Source: Candidatus Saccharimonadota bacterium
Lineage (GTDB): Bacteria > Patescibacteriota > Saccharimonadia > Saccharimonadales > Saccharimonadaceae
Direction of reading: 5' to 3'
DNA length: 64,000 nt
NCBI GenBank assembly: GCA_027312165.1
Contig: DAICXN010000003.1
Location: 1,842 to 65,841 of the forward strand
Shown here: positions 29,617 through 38,917 of the stretch, one piece after another
Position numbering within the stretch: the first letter of the stretch is position 1
Layout of the letters: each line of letters starts with the position of its first letter
Position numbers and translations under genes: made by a program
The notes under the pieces: generated by a model
Seen by the model: the letters and a program-made list of their open reading frames with translations, nothing else
What the model was told of the DNA's origin: nothing
Databases searched by the model: none

Positions 29617-30345
29617 ATGATGACAACACTCTTAACCCAGTTACATTATTTTAGTGCCATTCCTGGCTTAGACTTAGTAGATATAATTATCGGCCTAGGT
29701 ATCTTTGCTATTGTCTTTGTAATTTTCGCCGAATCAGGACTCCTAATTGGCTTTTTCTTGCCGGGAGACAGTCTACTATTTACAGCTGGTGTACTGTATC
29801 ACTCGGGTATTCTCCCCGGTAACGTACCAATATCCTTTCCAGTTTTTCTACTCTTACTATTTATTGCGGCTGTAGCTGGAGATTCAGTTGGCTATTGGTT
29901 TGGTAAGAAAACCGGGCCTATGATATTTAAAAAACCGGATGCTAGGCTATTTAAACAAAGCCACGTCCAGGCGGCTCAGGAGTTCTATGAAAAACACGGC
30001 GGTAAAACTATCATTATCGCTAGGTTCGTACCGATTGTCCGCACCTTTGCACCAATCATTGCCGGAACCGCCAAAATGCACTATCGTAAATTTATCTCCT
30101 ACAACCTAATCGGCGGATTTGTATGGACTTTTGGAATAACCTCACTTGGCTACTTTGTTGGAGCGGCTTTCCAGGCTGCTGGGATGGATATCGACCAAGT
30201 TCTACTGCCAATCATCTTTGGTATAATTTTACTTTCAGTAGCCCCTCCGGCCATCGCTGTCCTCAAGGATGAGAAAAACCGCCGGGCCCTATGGGCGACC
30301 ATCAAACGCGAGCTATCTTCGATATTTGGACGAAAGAAAAAATAA
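29617..30345 (+). CDS. DedA family membrane protein
   Basis: FAESGLLIGFFLPGDSLLF and ARFVPIVRTFAP motifs. Confidence 0.95.
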   Translation: MMTTLLTQLHYFSAIPGLDLVDIIIGLGIFAIVFVIFAESGLLIGFFLPGDSLLFTAGVLYHSGILPGNVPISFPVFLLLLFIAAVAGDSVGYWFGKKTGPMIFKKPDARLFKQSHVQAAQEFYEKHGGKTIIIARFVPIVRTFAPIIAGTAKMHYRKFISYNLIGGFVWTFGITSLGYFVGAAFQAAGMDIDQVLLPIIFGIILLSVAPPAIAVLKDEKNRRALWATIKRELSSIFGRKKK

Positions 30346-30435
30346 CCTAGAAACACCCTCTACGACCTGTTCAGTTCGACATGTCGATCCGAACGATGAT
30401 AAAATGGTCTAGCAAACTAATCGATCGGAGGTTTT

Positions 30436-30768
30436 ATGTTTTTTAGAAAGAAACAGGAAGAGCTTAGCGACGATCAGATACTCGATATCTATTTTGAGTG
30501 CTTAATCAACCTTGCAGGCTCAGCGGTAGAGGACCAGCAGAATGACGAGTTTAAGGCAATCCTTAAGCTTGATAATGACATGAAGATCGTAAATATACCG
30601 ACACTTACTCTTAATGGGTCGCCAATTGCGCCCGACCCAGAAATAATTGCTCGACTGAACGACACTCTTTATCCGATTTCACAGATCGATATATCCAGGC
30701 GTCCAGCTGAGCTTCACATGGAATATATTAATGGCGGCGGAGATGTCACTCCAAAATACCGCGATTAG
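30436..30768 (+). CDS. Hypothetical protein
   Basis: SD GGAGG before ATG; 110-aa open frame. Confidence 0.65.
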   Translation: MFFRKKQEELSDDQILDIYFECLINLAGSAVEDQQNDEFKAILKLDNDMKIVNIPTLTLNGSPIAPDPEIIARLNDTLYPISQIDISRRPAELHMEYINGGGDVTPKYRD

Positions 30769-30770
30769 CG

Positions 30771-33596
30771 CTAAGACCTTTTGAGTACTTCTTTTAGGTA
30801 CCGGCCAGTAAATGACTTGCTACTTTTCGCCACTTCCTCTGGAGAGCCTTCAGCGACAACCACTCCGCCACCCATGCCACCTTCTGGGCCCATGTCCACC
30901 AGGTGATCGGCAGATTTAATGACATCTAGGTTATGCTCAATAACAATCATTGTGTTACCGCCCTCGACTAGCTGATGGAGAATTTTAAGCAACCGCTTTA
31001 CATCATCGCTATGCAGCCCGGTAGTTGGCTCGTCTAGTATGTACATAGTTTTTCCCGTTGAACGACGCGATAGCTCAGTTGCAAGCTTAATTCGCTGAGC
31101 CTCACCTCCAGAAAAAGTAGTTGCAGGCTGTCCGAGCTTGATATAGCCCAGACCCACTTCGACAATTGTCCGTAACTTTCGCTCAATCGACGGAACGCTT
31201 GCGAAAAACTCAGCAGCCTGATCCACTGTCATCTCTAAAATATCGCTAATCGTATTGTCCTTATATTTGATCTCTAGAGCCTCGCGATTATATCGACGAC
31301 CCTTACATTCGTCACACACAACGTAAACATCGGGCAAAAAGTGCATTTCAATTTTAATCACCCCATCACCCTGACAGTTTTCACATCGGCCGCCCTTGAC
31401 GTTAAAGCTAAATCGCCCTGCCTTGTAGCCACGAACGTTTGCTTCTGGAGTTGACGCAAAAAGCTCGCGTATCGGAGTGAATATTCCAGTATAAGTTGCT
31501 GGGTTTGATCGAGGAGTTCGGCCAATTGGCGACTGATCGATGACAATAACCTTGTCTAAATGCTCCAAGCCCTCAATGTCATCGTGGGCCCCGGGGACCG
31601 TCGTAGCGCGGTTTAGGCGAGCTGACAGCTCCTTAGCAACAATATCGTTTACCAAGGTTGACTTTCCCGAACCGGAGACGCCGCTAACTACCGTCATGAG
31701 ACCCAGCGGAAACTTAACGTCGATGTTTTTTAAGTTATTTTCTCTAGCGCCCCTGACAATCAGCTGACGATCAGCCTGAGCTTTGCGACGTTTTTTCGGA
31801 ACGTCAATTTTTTGAGCACCGCTAAGGTACTGTCCTGTAATACTAGACGGGTTTTTTGCAACTTCATCGGGCGTACCAGAAGCGACCACTTCACCACCCG
31901 CTACGCCAGCACCCGGCCCCATATCAACCAGAAAGTCACTGTGCCGAATAGTGTCTTCATCATGTTCAACCACGACTACACTATTACCCAAATCCCTTAA
32001 TCGCTTTAATGTCCCTATCAGCCTATCGTTATCACGCTGATGGAGTCCAATTGACGGCTCGTCTAGAACATAAAGCACACCCTGCAGACCAGAGCCGATT
32101 TGAGTTGCCAAGCGAATTCGCTGCGCCTCACCACCACTTAAAGTGTTGGCTGCTCGGCCCAACTCCAGGTAGTCTAGTCCAACATCGTGCATAAACCCTA
32201 GTCGTGAACGAATCTCTTTAAATATCTGATTGCTGATCTCAAGTTCTTTATCAGTAAAGTCGCTAGTTGAAGAGTTAAACAGCTCTAGCGCCTGATCGAC
32301 AGCCAGATCCGTCACGTCCATGATACTTAGACCGTTGACAGTTACAGCAAGTACCGCTGGTTTAAGGCGTGCGCCCTTGCAGGCGTAGCAGTGACGCTCT
32401 CGCATAAATCGCTCTATGTCTCGACGCATAAAGTCGCTATCTGTCTCCTTCCAGCGACGCTCTAGGTTAGGAATAACCCCCTCATAAGTAGTCTTATAGC
32501 TCCGACCGCCGCCGAGATCCACCTGGTACTGCTGATTATCCGTCCCGTACAAAATCTTCTGCCTCGTCTCTTCTGGAATCTCCTTTAGTGGTGTGCGTAT
32601 ACCAAAGCCGTGCTCTTTACCGACCGCCGCTAGTCGCTTTAGATACCAGGCATCGGCATTAACCCGGTTGTAAGGGCGAATAGCACCTTCTGCCAAGGTT
32701 AGATTCAAGTTAAACACCAGCTCTGGATCAACTTCAAGCCGACTACCAAGACCCGTACAGGTTGGGCAAGCCCCCTGGGGAGCGTTAAAGCTGAATAGTC
32801 GAGGCTCAAGCTCTGGTATTTCCTCCTCCGGATGGTCAACGCAGGCATATCTTTGGGAGTAAACATGCAGATCATCTGTATCAGCGTCCAAGATCTCGAG
32901 CACCCCCTGCCCAATCTCTAGGGCCTGTTCGACGCTCTGGGTTAACCGAGACTGCATTTCATCAAGCAAAATTAAACGGTCAACTACTAGCTCTATGTCA
33001 TGCTGATGACTCTTTTGAAGCTCAGGGAACTCATCTAAAGCATAGACCACTCCATCAACGCGCACGCGCGCATAACCCAACCTTCGGTACTGCTCAGGAA
33101 TATGAGCAAACTCACCTTTTTTGGCTTTTACAATTGGTGCCAAAATAAGCATTCGACGCTCTTTATAATTTCTCTCTATTTCATGAACAATAGCGTCAAC
33201 AGTTCGACGCGTTACGGCCTTACCGCAAACCGGGCAGTGAGGCACGCCAATTCGGGCAAATAGCAGCCTTAGGTAGTCGTAAATCTCAGTAACTGTCGCC
33301 ACGGTCGAACGTGGATTGCGGCTAGTTGACTTCTGGTCAATTGAAATTGCCGGACTCAGTCCATCGATGCTATCGACATCCGGCTTATCCATAATTCCCA
33401 AGAACTGCCTGGCATAGCTCGACAAGCTTTCGACATATCGTCTTTGACCCTCGGCGTAAATAGTATCAAACGCCAAAGAAGACTTCCCCGACCCTGATAG
33501 ACCGGTGATAACGACTAGTTTGTTGCGCGGGATCTCAACATCAATATCTTTTAGGTTGTGTTCGCGCGCGCCCTTTACTCGGATCACCTCAGACAT
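30771..33596 (-). CDS. uvrA: Excinuclease ABC subunit A
   Basis: Two ABC cassettes ([16 protein letters not shown]), LSGGEAQRI and zinc fingers. Confidence 0.99.
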   Translation of the reverse strand: MSEVIRVKGAREHNLKDIDVEIPRNKLVVITGLSGSGKSSLAFDTIYAEGQRRYVESLSSYARQFLGIMDKPDVDSIDGLSPAISIDQKSTSRNPRSTVATVTEIYDYLRLLFARIGVPHCPVCGKAVTRRTVDAIVHEIERNYKERRMLILAPIVKAKKGEFAHIPEQYRRLGYARVRVDGVVYALDEFPELQKSHQHDIELVVDRLILLDEMQSRLTQSVEQALEIGQGVLEILDADTDDLHVYSQRYACVDHPEEEIPELEPRLFSFNAPQGACPTCTGLGSRLEVDPELVFNLNLTLAEGAIRPYNRVNADAWYLKRLAAVGKEHGFGIRTPLKEIPEETRQKILYGTDNQQYQVDLGGGRSYKTTYEGVIPNLERRWKETDSDFMRRDIERFMRERHCYACKGARLKPAVLAVTVNGLSIMDVTDLAVDQALELFNSSTSDFTDKELEISNQIFKEIRSRLGFMHDVGLDYLELGRAANTLSGGEAQRIRLATQIGSGLQGVLYVLDEPSIGLHQRDNDRLIGTLKRLRDLGNSVVVVEHDEDTIRHSDFLVDMGPGAGVAGGEVVASGTPDEVAKNPSSITGQYLSGAQKIDVPKKRRKAQADRQLIVRGARENNLKNIDVKFPLGLMTVVSGVSGSGKSTLVNDIVAKELSARLNRATTVPGAHDDIEGLEHLDKVIVIDQSPIGRTPRSNPATYTGIFTPIRELFASTPEANVRGYKAGRFSFNVKGGRCENCQGDGVIKIEMHFLPDVYVVCDECKGRRYNREALEIKYKDNTISDILEMTVDQAAEFFASVPSIERKLRTIVEVGLGYIKLGQPATTFSGGEAQRIKLATELSRRSTGKTMYILDEPTTGLHSDDVKRLLKILHQLVEGGNTMIVIEHNLDVIKSADHLVDMGPEGGMGGGVVVAEGSPEEVAKSSKSFTGRYLKEVLKRS

Positions 33597-33752
33597 AACT
33601 GAAATAGTATACCCTATTTGACAGTTTTTTTCTAGACCAGCACACCCAGTCATATCCACAGATCTAGCAGCCCTTAGCCTGTAGTATGGACTATGTTACG
33701 ATATATTTTGCTTATGATTGCAAACGTTACCCCTGTTTGATAAAGTGAACCT

Positions 33753-34157
33753 ATGAAGAAATTGACGGTAGTACTAATAACTATTTTTGCCCTAACGGCA
33801 GCCCTTAATCCCGTCACTATCAATGAGCTAATTTATTTTATCACCGTTGGCCAAATACCCTTCACGTCAATCAGCATACCACCACTTGCGATGCTCCTAT
33901 TCTGGGCGCTCGCTCTACCGCTTGGAATAACGGCTATCCGCCTCGGGAGAGCTGGCACATGGGGCATAATCGAAAAGATTGGTCAGATTAGCCAGCGTAA
34001 AATCAACTATCGGCTCAGGTGGATTCCCAAACACCCTGCGACTAGCCTACTGATGGCAGCAGTGTTGATCTATCTGCTAAATCAATCCCTCGAGGTCAAG
34101 ACCGAAACAACCCCTGAAGCGATCTTTCGTCGCCGATTCCTCGCTCTGCCCACCTAG
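33753..34157 (+). CDS. Hypothetical membrane protein
   Basis: Hydrophobic segments and a GQIPFT motif; -10-like TAAAGT 6 nt before ATG. Confidence 0.7.
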   Translation: MKKLTVVLITIFALTAALNPVTINELIYFITVGQIPFTSISIPPLAMLLFWALALPLGITAIRLGRAGTWGIIEKIGQISQRKINYRLRWIPKHPATSLLMAAVLIYLLNQSLEVKTETTPEAIFRRRFLALPT

Positions 34158-35578
34158 TCGGCAGATGGCACGACCGACTCGATCCATAGCTTCAGCTCCG
34201 ACAAAACATACATCTGATGATCACTTAGGCTCTGATGCAAAAGGTTTTCAATGGATTTTACCGCAAGTGGAACTTGCCGTAGTAGTCGCTCGGATCGCCA
34301 CTTCTCCCACTCAACCATCTCTGAGTCTGACAGCGTAGCCGGGAAACTCCTGGCCTTATAATGAAGCAATAGACCATCAAGCCGGCTGTCACTAAACTCA
34401 GGGTGCATATCTACCAGTTGTTGCGCCGTAGCATTCCTGACTGCTTCGACGCGAACCCTGTCGCCATTACTCAAAAAACCATCGTACAGTTGGGCTGCAG
34501 GATCATCCAATTCTACACCAGCTGGCCTAGGCCTAGACTCGAAGGCCGAGCGGACCCTTTCGGCAAAATCTGGATGAGCTAGAAGCTCCTTGAGATTTTT
34601 TTCAACGACCGCTGAGGTCAGGCCAATCTTTGACCAGCCGTCACCCTGCTGCAAAACACCAAGCGGCGCTACAGCGGGACACCGATTGTACTGCAAAGGC
34701 TTAACCGGCACAGCCAAAAAGCCTTCTGACTGACGCTCTTCCCAGCTTGCGAACAAACGATCGCTTAGCTCCTGCTCGCTCAATCCAACAAAGGGCGACG
34801 GATCATGCCGTAGGTCATAAACCAAAACATTCGAATTAGGCGCCGCGCTTAAAGCAATGGCTACCGTAGTCTTTTCGAACTGCTTGTCATAACGTCCGCT
34901 CGTATAAACAAAAGGGCGCTTGTCCTCGAGATTAACCAAGTTCTGTACGGCCTTTTTATCACGCATTGTCAACAGATAATCAAACAATTGAGGCTGAGCC
35001 GACTTGAGCAGTCGCGCCACGTCAATCAACGCCAATACATCACTTAGAGCGTCATGGGCATGATCATGATCGATGCCGTTCGCCAGTGTGATTGGCTCAA
35101 GCTTATTAACAGCATCGCCCAGCTCGTTGACAGGCCACTGAATGCCCTCCGGTCGCAGTGCCCGCGTCATCCTCACTACATCAAGCAGATCCCAGCGACT
35201 ACGCCCATCACTCCATGACCATTCGTAAGGATCGTGGAAATTGCGCCACAATAGATGCCGAATAAACTCATCGTCAAAGCGCACACTATTAAACCCAACG
35301 ATTATCGTGTCCGGAGTGAACCACTCATTAACTATTTTTTTAGAAAACTCGGCCTCTGTCCAGCCCTCTTCAATAGTTTTTTGCGGCGTAATTCCCGTAA
35401 CCATCAAAGCCTCGGGACTCGGAATGGTGTCGTCGTTTATCGCCACAAGTTCATTTATTGGCTCACCTATCGGCCTAAAATCCATATCGGTACGCTGCCC
35501 GGCGAACTGCATAATCCGATCGCTTCTTGGGTTTAAACCAGAAGTCTCGAGGTCATAAAAGAAAAATGTCTTAGCCAT
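34154..35578 (-). CDS. sbcB: Exodeoxyribonuclease I
   Basis: YDLETSG, QFAGQRTD, GFNSVRFDDE, LRPEGIQWP and HAHDALSDV motifs. Confidence 0.95.
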   Translation of the reverse strand: MAKTFFFYDLETSGLNPRSDRIMQFAGQRTDMDFRPIGEPINELVAINDDTIPSPEALMVTGITPQKTIEEGWTEAEFSKKIVNEWFTPDTIIVGFNSVRFDDEFIRHLLWRNFHDPYEWSWSDGRSRWDLLDVVRMTRALRPEGIQWPVNELGDAVNKLEPITLANGIDHDHAHDALSDVLALIDVARLLKSAQPQLFDYLLTMRDKKAVQNLVNLEDKRPFVYTSGRYDKQFEKTTVAIALSAAPNSNVLVYDLRHDPSPFVGLSEQELSDRLFASWEERQSEGFLAVPVKPLQYNRCPAVAPLGVLQQGDGWSKIGLTSAVVEKNLKELLAHPDFAERVRSAFESRPRPAGVELDDPAAQLYDGFLSNGDRVRVEAVRNATAQQLVDMHPEFSDSRLDGLLLHYKARSFPATLSDSEMVEWEKWRSERLLRQVPLAVKSIENLLHQSLSDHQMYVLSELKLWIESVVPSAD

Positions 35579-35590
35579 ACCCCTAGCATA

Positions 35591-35616
35591 ACAAAAAACA
35601 CGCCGATTGGCGCGTG
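35591..35616 (-). terminator. Putative intrinsic terminator of the intergenic transcript
   Basis: Minus strand cacgcgcc-aatc-ggcgtg followed by TTTTTT. Confidence 0.55.
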
Positions 35617-36113
35617 GGGCTTATCAATGAGTTATGACAAGCTGCTTAATTGGAGTGTCTGGTGGGCGGGTATCAACGTCGATACCCGCCCTCCAAGACT
35701 TATTCTGTTGATTCAGTTGTGCGTAGCGGCCTAAGCCGCGGGGCGGTAAAACCATTGCCATGTCCATCTATATAAAGTAGTTTCCAGCGCCAGGCATAGA
35801 ATAAAGCTATTTATATGCTAATGGTGATTGGCCAGTAAACCCCAGAGTTTCCACTAGATAGTGGAGCCTTTTACCTCGGCAGAGGTGAACTTAGCCTCTT
35901 CTAACGGCTAAAGTAATCGCTTGGTGCGCAACTTGCATCCTTTCAGTGATTTTTGTCGATCGTGACGGGCTGAGAGAGCTCTACTCTCCAAGCCGCCTGT
36001 GGCCTCAAAACAACCTAATAGGCTAGATGAAGCCAGACCAGTACAACATATTTCTCCTAAAGCAGCTTGTCAAAGTTCAATCTAGGTACGCAACATGGCA
36101 TTCCTGATTGGTA
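35591..36113 (-). ncRNA. Candidate large structured ncRNA of unknown class
   Basis: No ORF of 60 aa or more; own promoter and terminator; 13-bp perfect inverted repeat 35635-35647/36060-36072; many local hairpins. Confidence 0.6.
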
Positions 36114-36119
36114 ATTTAC

Positions 36120-36148
36120 ATGATATCACACGTGTGACTATTTGTCAA
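36120..36148 (-). promoter_or_regulatory. Near-consensus sigma70 promoter with a palindrome in the spacer
   Basis: TTGACA-17 bp-TATCAT; perfect 12-bp palindrome TCACACGTGTGA at 36126-36137. Confidence 0.75.
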
Positions 36149-36172
36149 CAGTATTTTATAAAAAACTATTTT

Positions 36173-37459
36173 TTACTGCTCGGTTAGACTAAATTCGCTA
36201 TTGCCTATCCGGATAAGGCTATCGCCGAGCGCCCCACGGCGCACCAGTTCGTGATAAATTCCGAGTTTTCGCATGATATCCCGTAGACGATTAACCGCCT
36301 CATAATTATCAAAATCGGTACGCCTGGCAAACTTCTCGATTTTATCTCCTCTCACCCTGAACCCGTCCTCTTCGACTTCGACAGACCACGTATCCGCCGA
36401 CTCTTCACTGGTTAGCGATATGACTGGCAGTCCCTCTGTCTGATCCTCGACCTGTAGCTTGTCAAGCTCTGCGTCGCGATAATCCCGGACTTCCTGCTGT
36501 AGCAGCCTAAGCAAGTCGGTGATGCCGTCGTGAGTTTTTGAAGATATAGCTATAACTTTCGCCGCTGGCGCAACCTGCTGAATAGCAGTAGACTGCATCG
36601 CTATCATCTCATCATCCAATCCTTCGCATTTAGTCAAAGCGACCATCTCAGGACGCTCAGTCAGCTCAGTGCTGTAATTTGCCAATTCACGACGAATTGT
36701 CTGATACTTTTTCGCTGGATCGTCGCTGTAAGCATCAATCATGTGCAGCAACACCGCAGTTCGCTCAACATGTCGCAAGAACTGATCACCGAGCCCGCGG
36801 CCCTCTGAGGCACCCTCAATAAGCCCGGGGATATCAGCGATTAGTAGACTGCTGCTGTCGATATCAGCCACACCCAGGTTTGGCGTGAGCGTCGTAAACT
36901 CATAATCAGCAATCTCCGGCCTAGCATTCGAGACTACGGATAAAAACGTTGACTTGCCAGCATTCGGAAAGCCGACCAACCCCACATCCGCCAACAGCTT
37001 AAGCTCCAACTCGGCCTCAAATTCATCACCAGGCTCACCCAGCTCGGCCATGCGCGGCGTCTGGCGAGTTGAGGACTTAAAGTGGGCATTGCCAAAGCCG
37101 CCATCACCGCCAGTTGCAACTACCGCCTCCTCACCGTCCTTGTCGAGGTCAAACATCACCTCGCCATCGCGCTTAACTACAGTTCCGACTGGAACCTCGA
37201 CCACTAAATCCTCGCCAGATTTACCTCGCTTATTACGCTTTGATCCAGGCTGGCCATCCTTCGCGGTAAGCTCTGGCTTGTAGCGAAACTTAAGCAGGGT
37301 GTTAAGATCTTTTGTTGCTCGAAAAATTACGTCCCCACCTCGCCCGCCATCACCACCGTCGGGACCGCCCTTATCTACATAAATCTCATGACGGAAACTG
37401 ACCGCCCCGTTGCCACCTTTACCGGCTTTAACACTAACTTTAGCTGTATCTACAAACAT
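36173..37459 (-). CDS. obgE: GTPase ObgE
   Basis: MFVD start, GGPDGGDGG, GFPNAGKS, FTTLTPNLG, DIPGLIEGA and a C-terminal OCT domain. Confidence 0.98.
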   Translation of the reverse strand: MFVDTAKVSVKAGKGGNGAVSFRHEIYVDKGGPDGGDGGRGGDVIFRATKDLNTLLKFRYKPELTAKDGQPGSKRNKRGKSGEDLVVEVPVGTVVKRDGEVMFDLDKDGEEAVVATGGDGGFGNAHFKSSTRQTPRMAELGEPGDEFEAELELKLLADVGLVGFPNAGKSTFLSVVSNARPEIADYEFTTLTPNLGVADIDSSSLLIADIPGLIEGASEGRGLGDQFLRHVERTAVLLHMIDAYSDDPAKKYQTIRRELANYSTELTERPEMVALTKCEGLDDEMIAMQSTAIQQVAPAAKVIAISSKTHDGITDLLRLLQQEVRDYRDAELDKLQVEDQTEGLPVISLTSEESADTWSVEVEEDGFRVRGDKIEKFARRTDFDNYEAVNRLRDIMRKLGIYHELVRRGALGDSLIRIGNSEFSLTEQ

Positions 37460-37476
37460 ATACTCTCTAGTATAGC

Positions 37477-37504
37477 AAAAATACCCCGAAGTATCGGGGT
37501 ATTT
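37477..37504 (-). terminator. Intrinsic terminator
   Basis: aaataccccga agta tcggggtattt hairpin with a U-run. Confidence 0.7.
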
Positions 37505-37528
37505 AGCAACTTAGTCATCCGTCTATGT

Positions 37529-38698
37529 CTAGTAACGGTCGTGGATGTAGCTATAGTGACCGGTTGAGCTACGAGGGATGGTGCGGTGAGTAACTACACC
37601 ATAGCCTGCGTAGTTCATGTCACTAACGTACAGGTTCTGTTCATCGACTCGCTCGACAATACCGACGTGTCCATAGCCACCACCGTACTGGAAGATTGCT
37701 CCAGGGGCAGGAGTGTTGTTTACAACAAAGCCTGCAGCTCTAGCGCTAGTTGCCCAAGAGGTTGCGTTGCCCCATAAGCCACCGATCGGCCGACCCAATT
37801 CAGCTCGTCGCTCGTAAGCATACCAAGTACAGTTACCTAGTGCATAGCGATTGCCGCCGGCGATACTTGCGTAACCATAACTTGAAGATGTCGTGCTGCT
37901 GGCGCCACCATATATTGGAGCAGGTGTTACTACTGGTCGTGGAGTTACGTAGCCAGGTCGCTCGGTCTCAGGCAGATTACCATTTGGCAGAACAATCTTT
38001 GCTCCCTCTACTAGAGGAGAGTCGACGTCTAGGTCGTTGTAAAGAACGACACGCTCTGCATCAACCTTGTAGCGTTCAGCTAGTTTTTCTAGAGTGTCAT
38101 CGGCTTTAACGGTATAAACAACACCGTCGATCATTGGCACTACCAATGTCTTGCCTGGCTCAACTGAGTCAGAGTTAGTGTTGTTAGCCCAGCGTAAAGT
38201 CTCGACAGATATGCCGTACTTTGCGGCAATAGTCTCGATAGTCTCACCCTCTTGAGCAACATAAGAGGTTATGCCGCGTTCAGTTGAGGTTGTAGGCTGC
38301 ACAATCTGAGGCTTAGTAATAACCTCAGCGTCAGTCTGAGCTAGCTGTTTCTTTATATAAAGCGTAGTCGTTGCCTCGCGGAGATCTCCGGCGGCTGGCA
38401 AGTTCGCTGTCTCAGCCAGGCTAGTTACTGCGCTGGCGGCAGTCAGCTGATCGACTGAAATTTTATCAGGTCCGCCCTGTTTGTTGGGTGACCAAGATGA
38501 TGCCTGTGTTGTGGCGACAATACCATTTTCTGGTGACGCCGTGGTGCCTCCATAACTTAAAGTTAGAAGACTTATTATTAGTAGAAAGATACCTGAATAC
38601 GCTGAAACAGCTGTCTTCCTCATTTTTTTTGCCCTAGGGGCAGATGTTGAATTACGAATTCTCGTTCTCCCGTACTCCAGCGTTACCGCAAAGTACAT
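37529..38698 (-). CDS. Peptidoglycan hydrolase with 2 LysM domains and a CHAP domain (start uncertain)
   Basis: Two LysM repeats; CHAP motifs GNCTWYA, GNATSW, YGHVGIVE and SDMNY. Confidence 0.92.
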   Translation of the reverse strand: MYFAVTLEYGRTRIRNSTSAPRAKKMRKTAVSAYSGIFLLIISLLTLSYGGTTASPENGIVATTQASSWSPNKQGGPDKISVDQLTAASAVTSLAETANLPAAGDLREATTTLYIKKQLAQTDAEVITKPQIVQPTTSTERGITSYVAQEGETIETIAAKYGISVETLRWANNTNSDSVEPGKTLVVPMIDGVVYTVKADDTLEKLAERYKVDAERVVLYNDLDVDSPLVEGAKIVLPNGNLPETERPGYVTPRPVVTPAPIYGGASSTTSSSYGYASIAGGNRYALGNCTWYAYERRAELGRPIGGLWGNATSWATSARAAGFVVNNTPAPGAIFQYGGGYGHVGIVERVDEQNLYVSDMNYAGYGVVTHRTIPRSSTGHYSYIHDRY

Positions 38699-38877
38699 TT
38701 ACCATATTTTGTCTTTCTTCTCGCAAAAGTAGAATGGGATACACTGTCGACCTAATGATTAGTTAATATTCTCGCATAAACAATTAGTTGTACTGTATCC
38801 GTACGACATTTTTGGTAGACCCGTGGTATGTTACCTATTTCCGTGTTGGTTTTAGGCGCAACTTTGGGCTAATAACT

Positions 38878-38906
38878 ATTGTATCAGTCCTTGACAATCG
38901 TGTCAA
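38878..38906 (-). promoter_or_regulatory. Sigma70 promoter for the LysM-CHAP gene
   Basis: TTGACA-17-TACAAT; the -35 box is half of the palindrome TTGACA-ATCG-TGTCAA (38891-38906). Confidence 0.65.
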
Positions 38907-38917
38907 TAGATTTTTTA

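Noticed and set aside
35635-36072. Retron msr-msd, suggested by the terminal inverted repeats
   Set aside because: No reverse transcriptase in the window, and the enclosed region is longer than typical msr-msd.
35591-36113. Candidate ncRNA as tmRNA or RNase P RNA
   Set aside because: No GGTTCGA T-loop or acceptor-stem ends and no tag frame ending in AA. No GAGGAAAGTCC/P4 pair on either strand; fragments such as ACAGAA, GTAAACCCC and CCACCA are isolated. Rejected by eye only, so cmscan is still needed.
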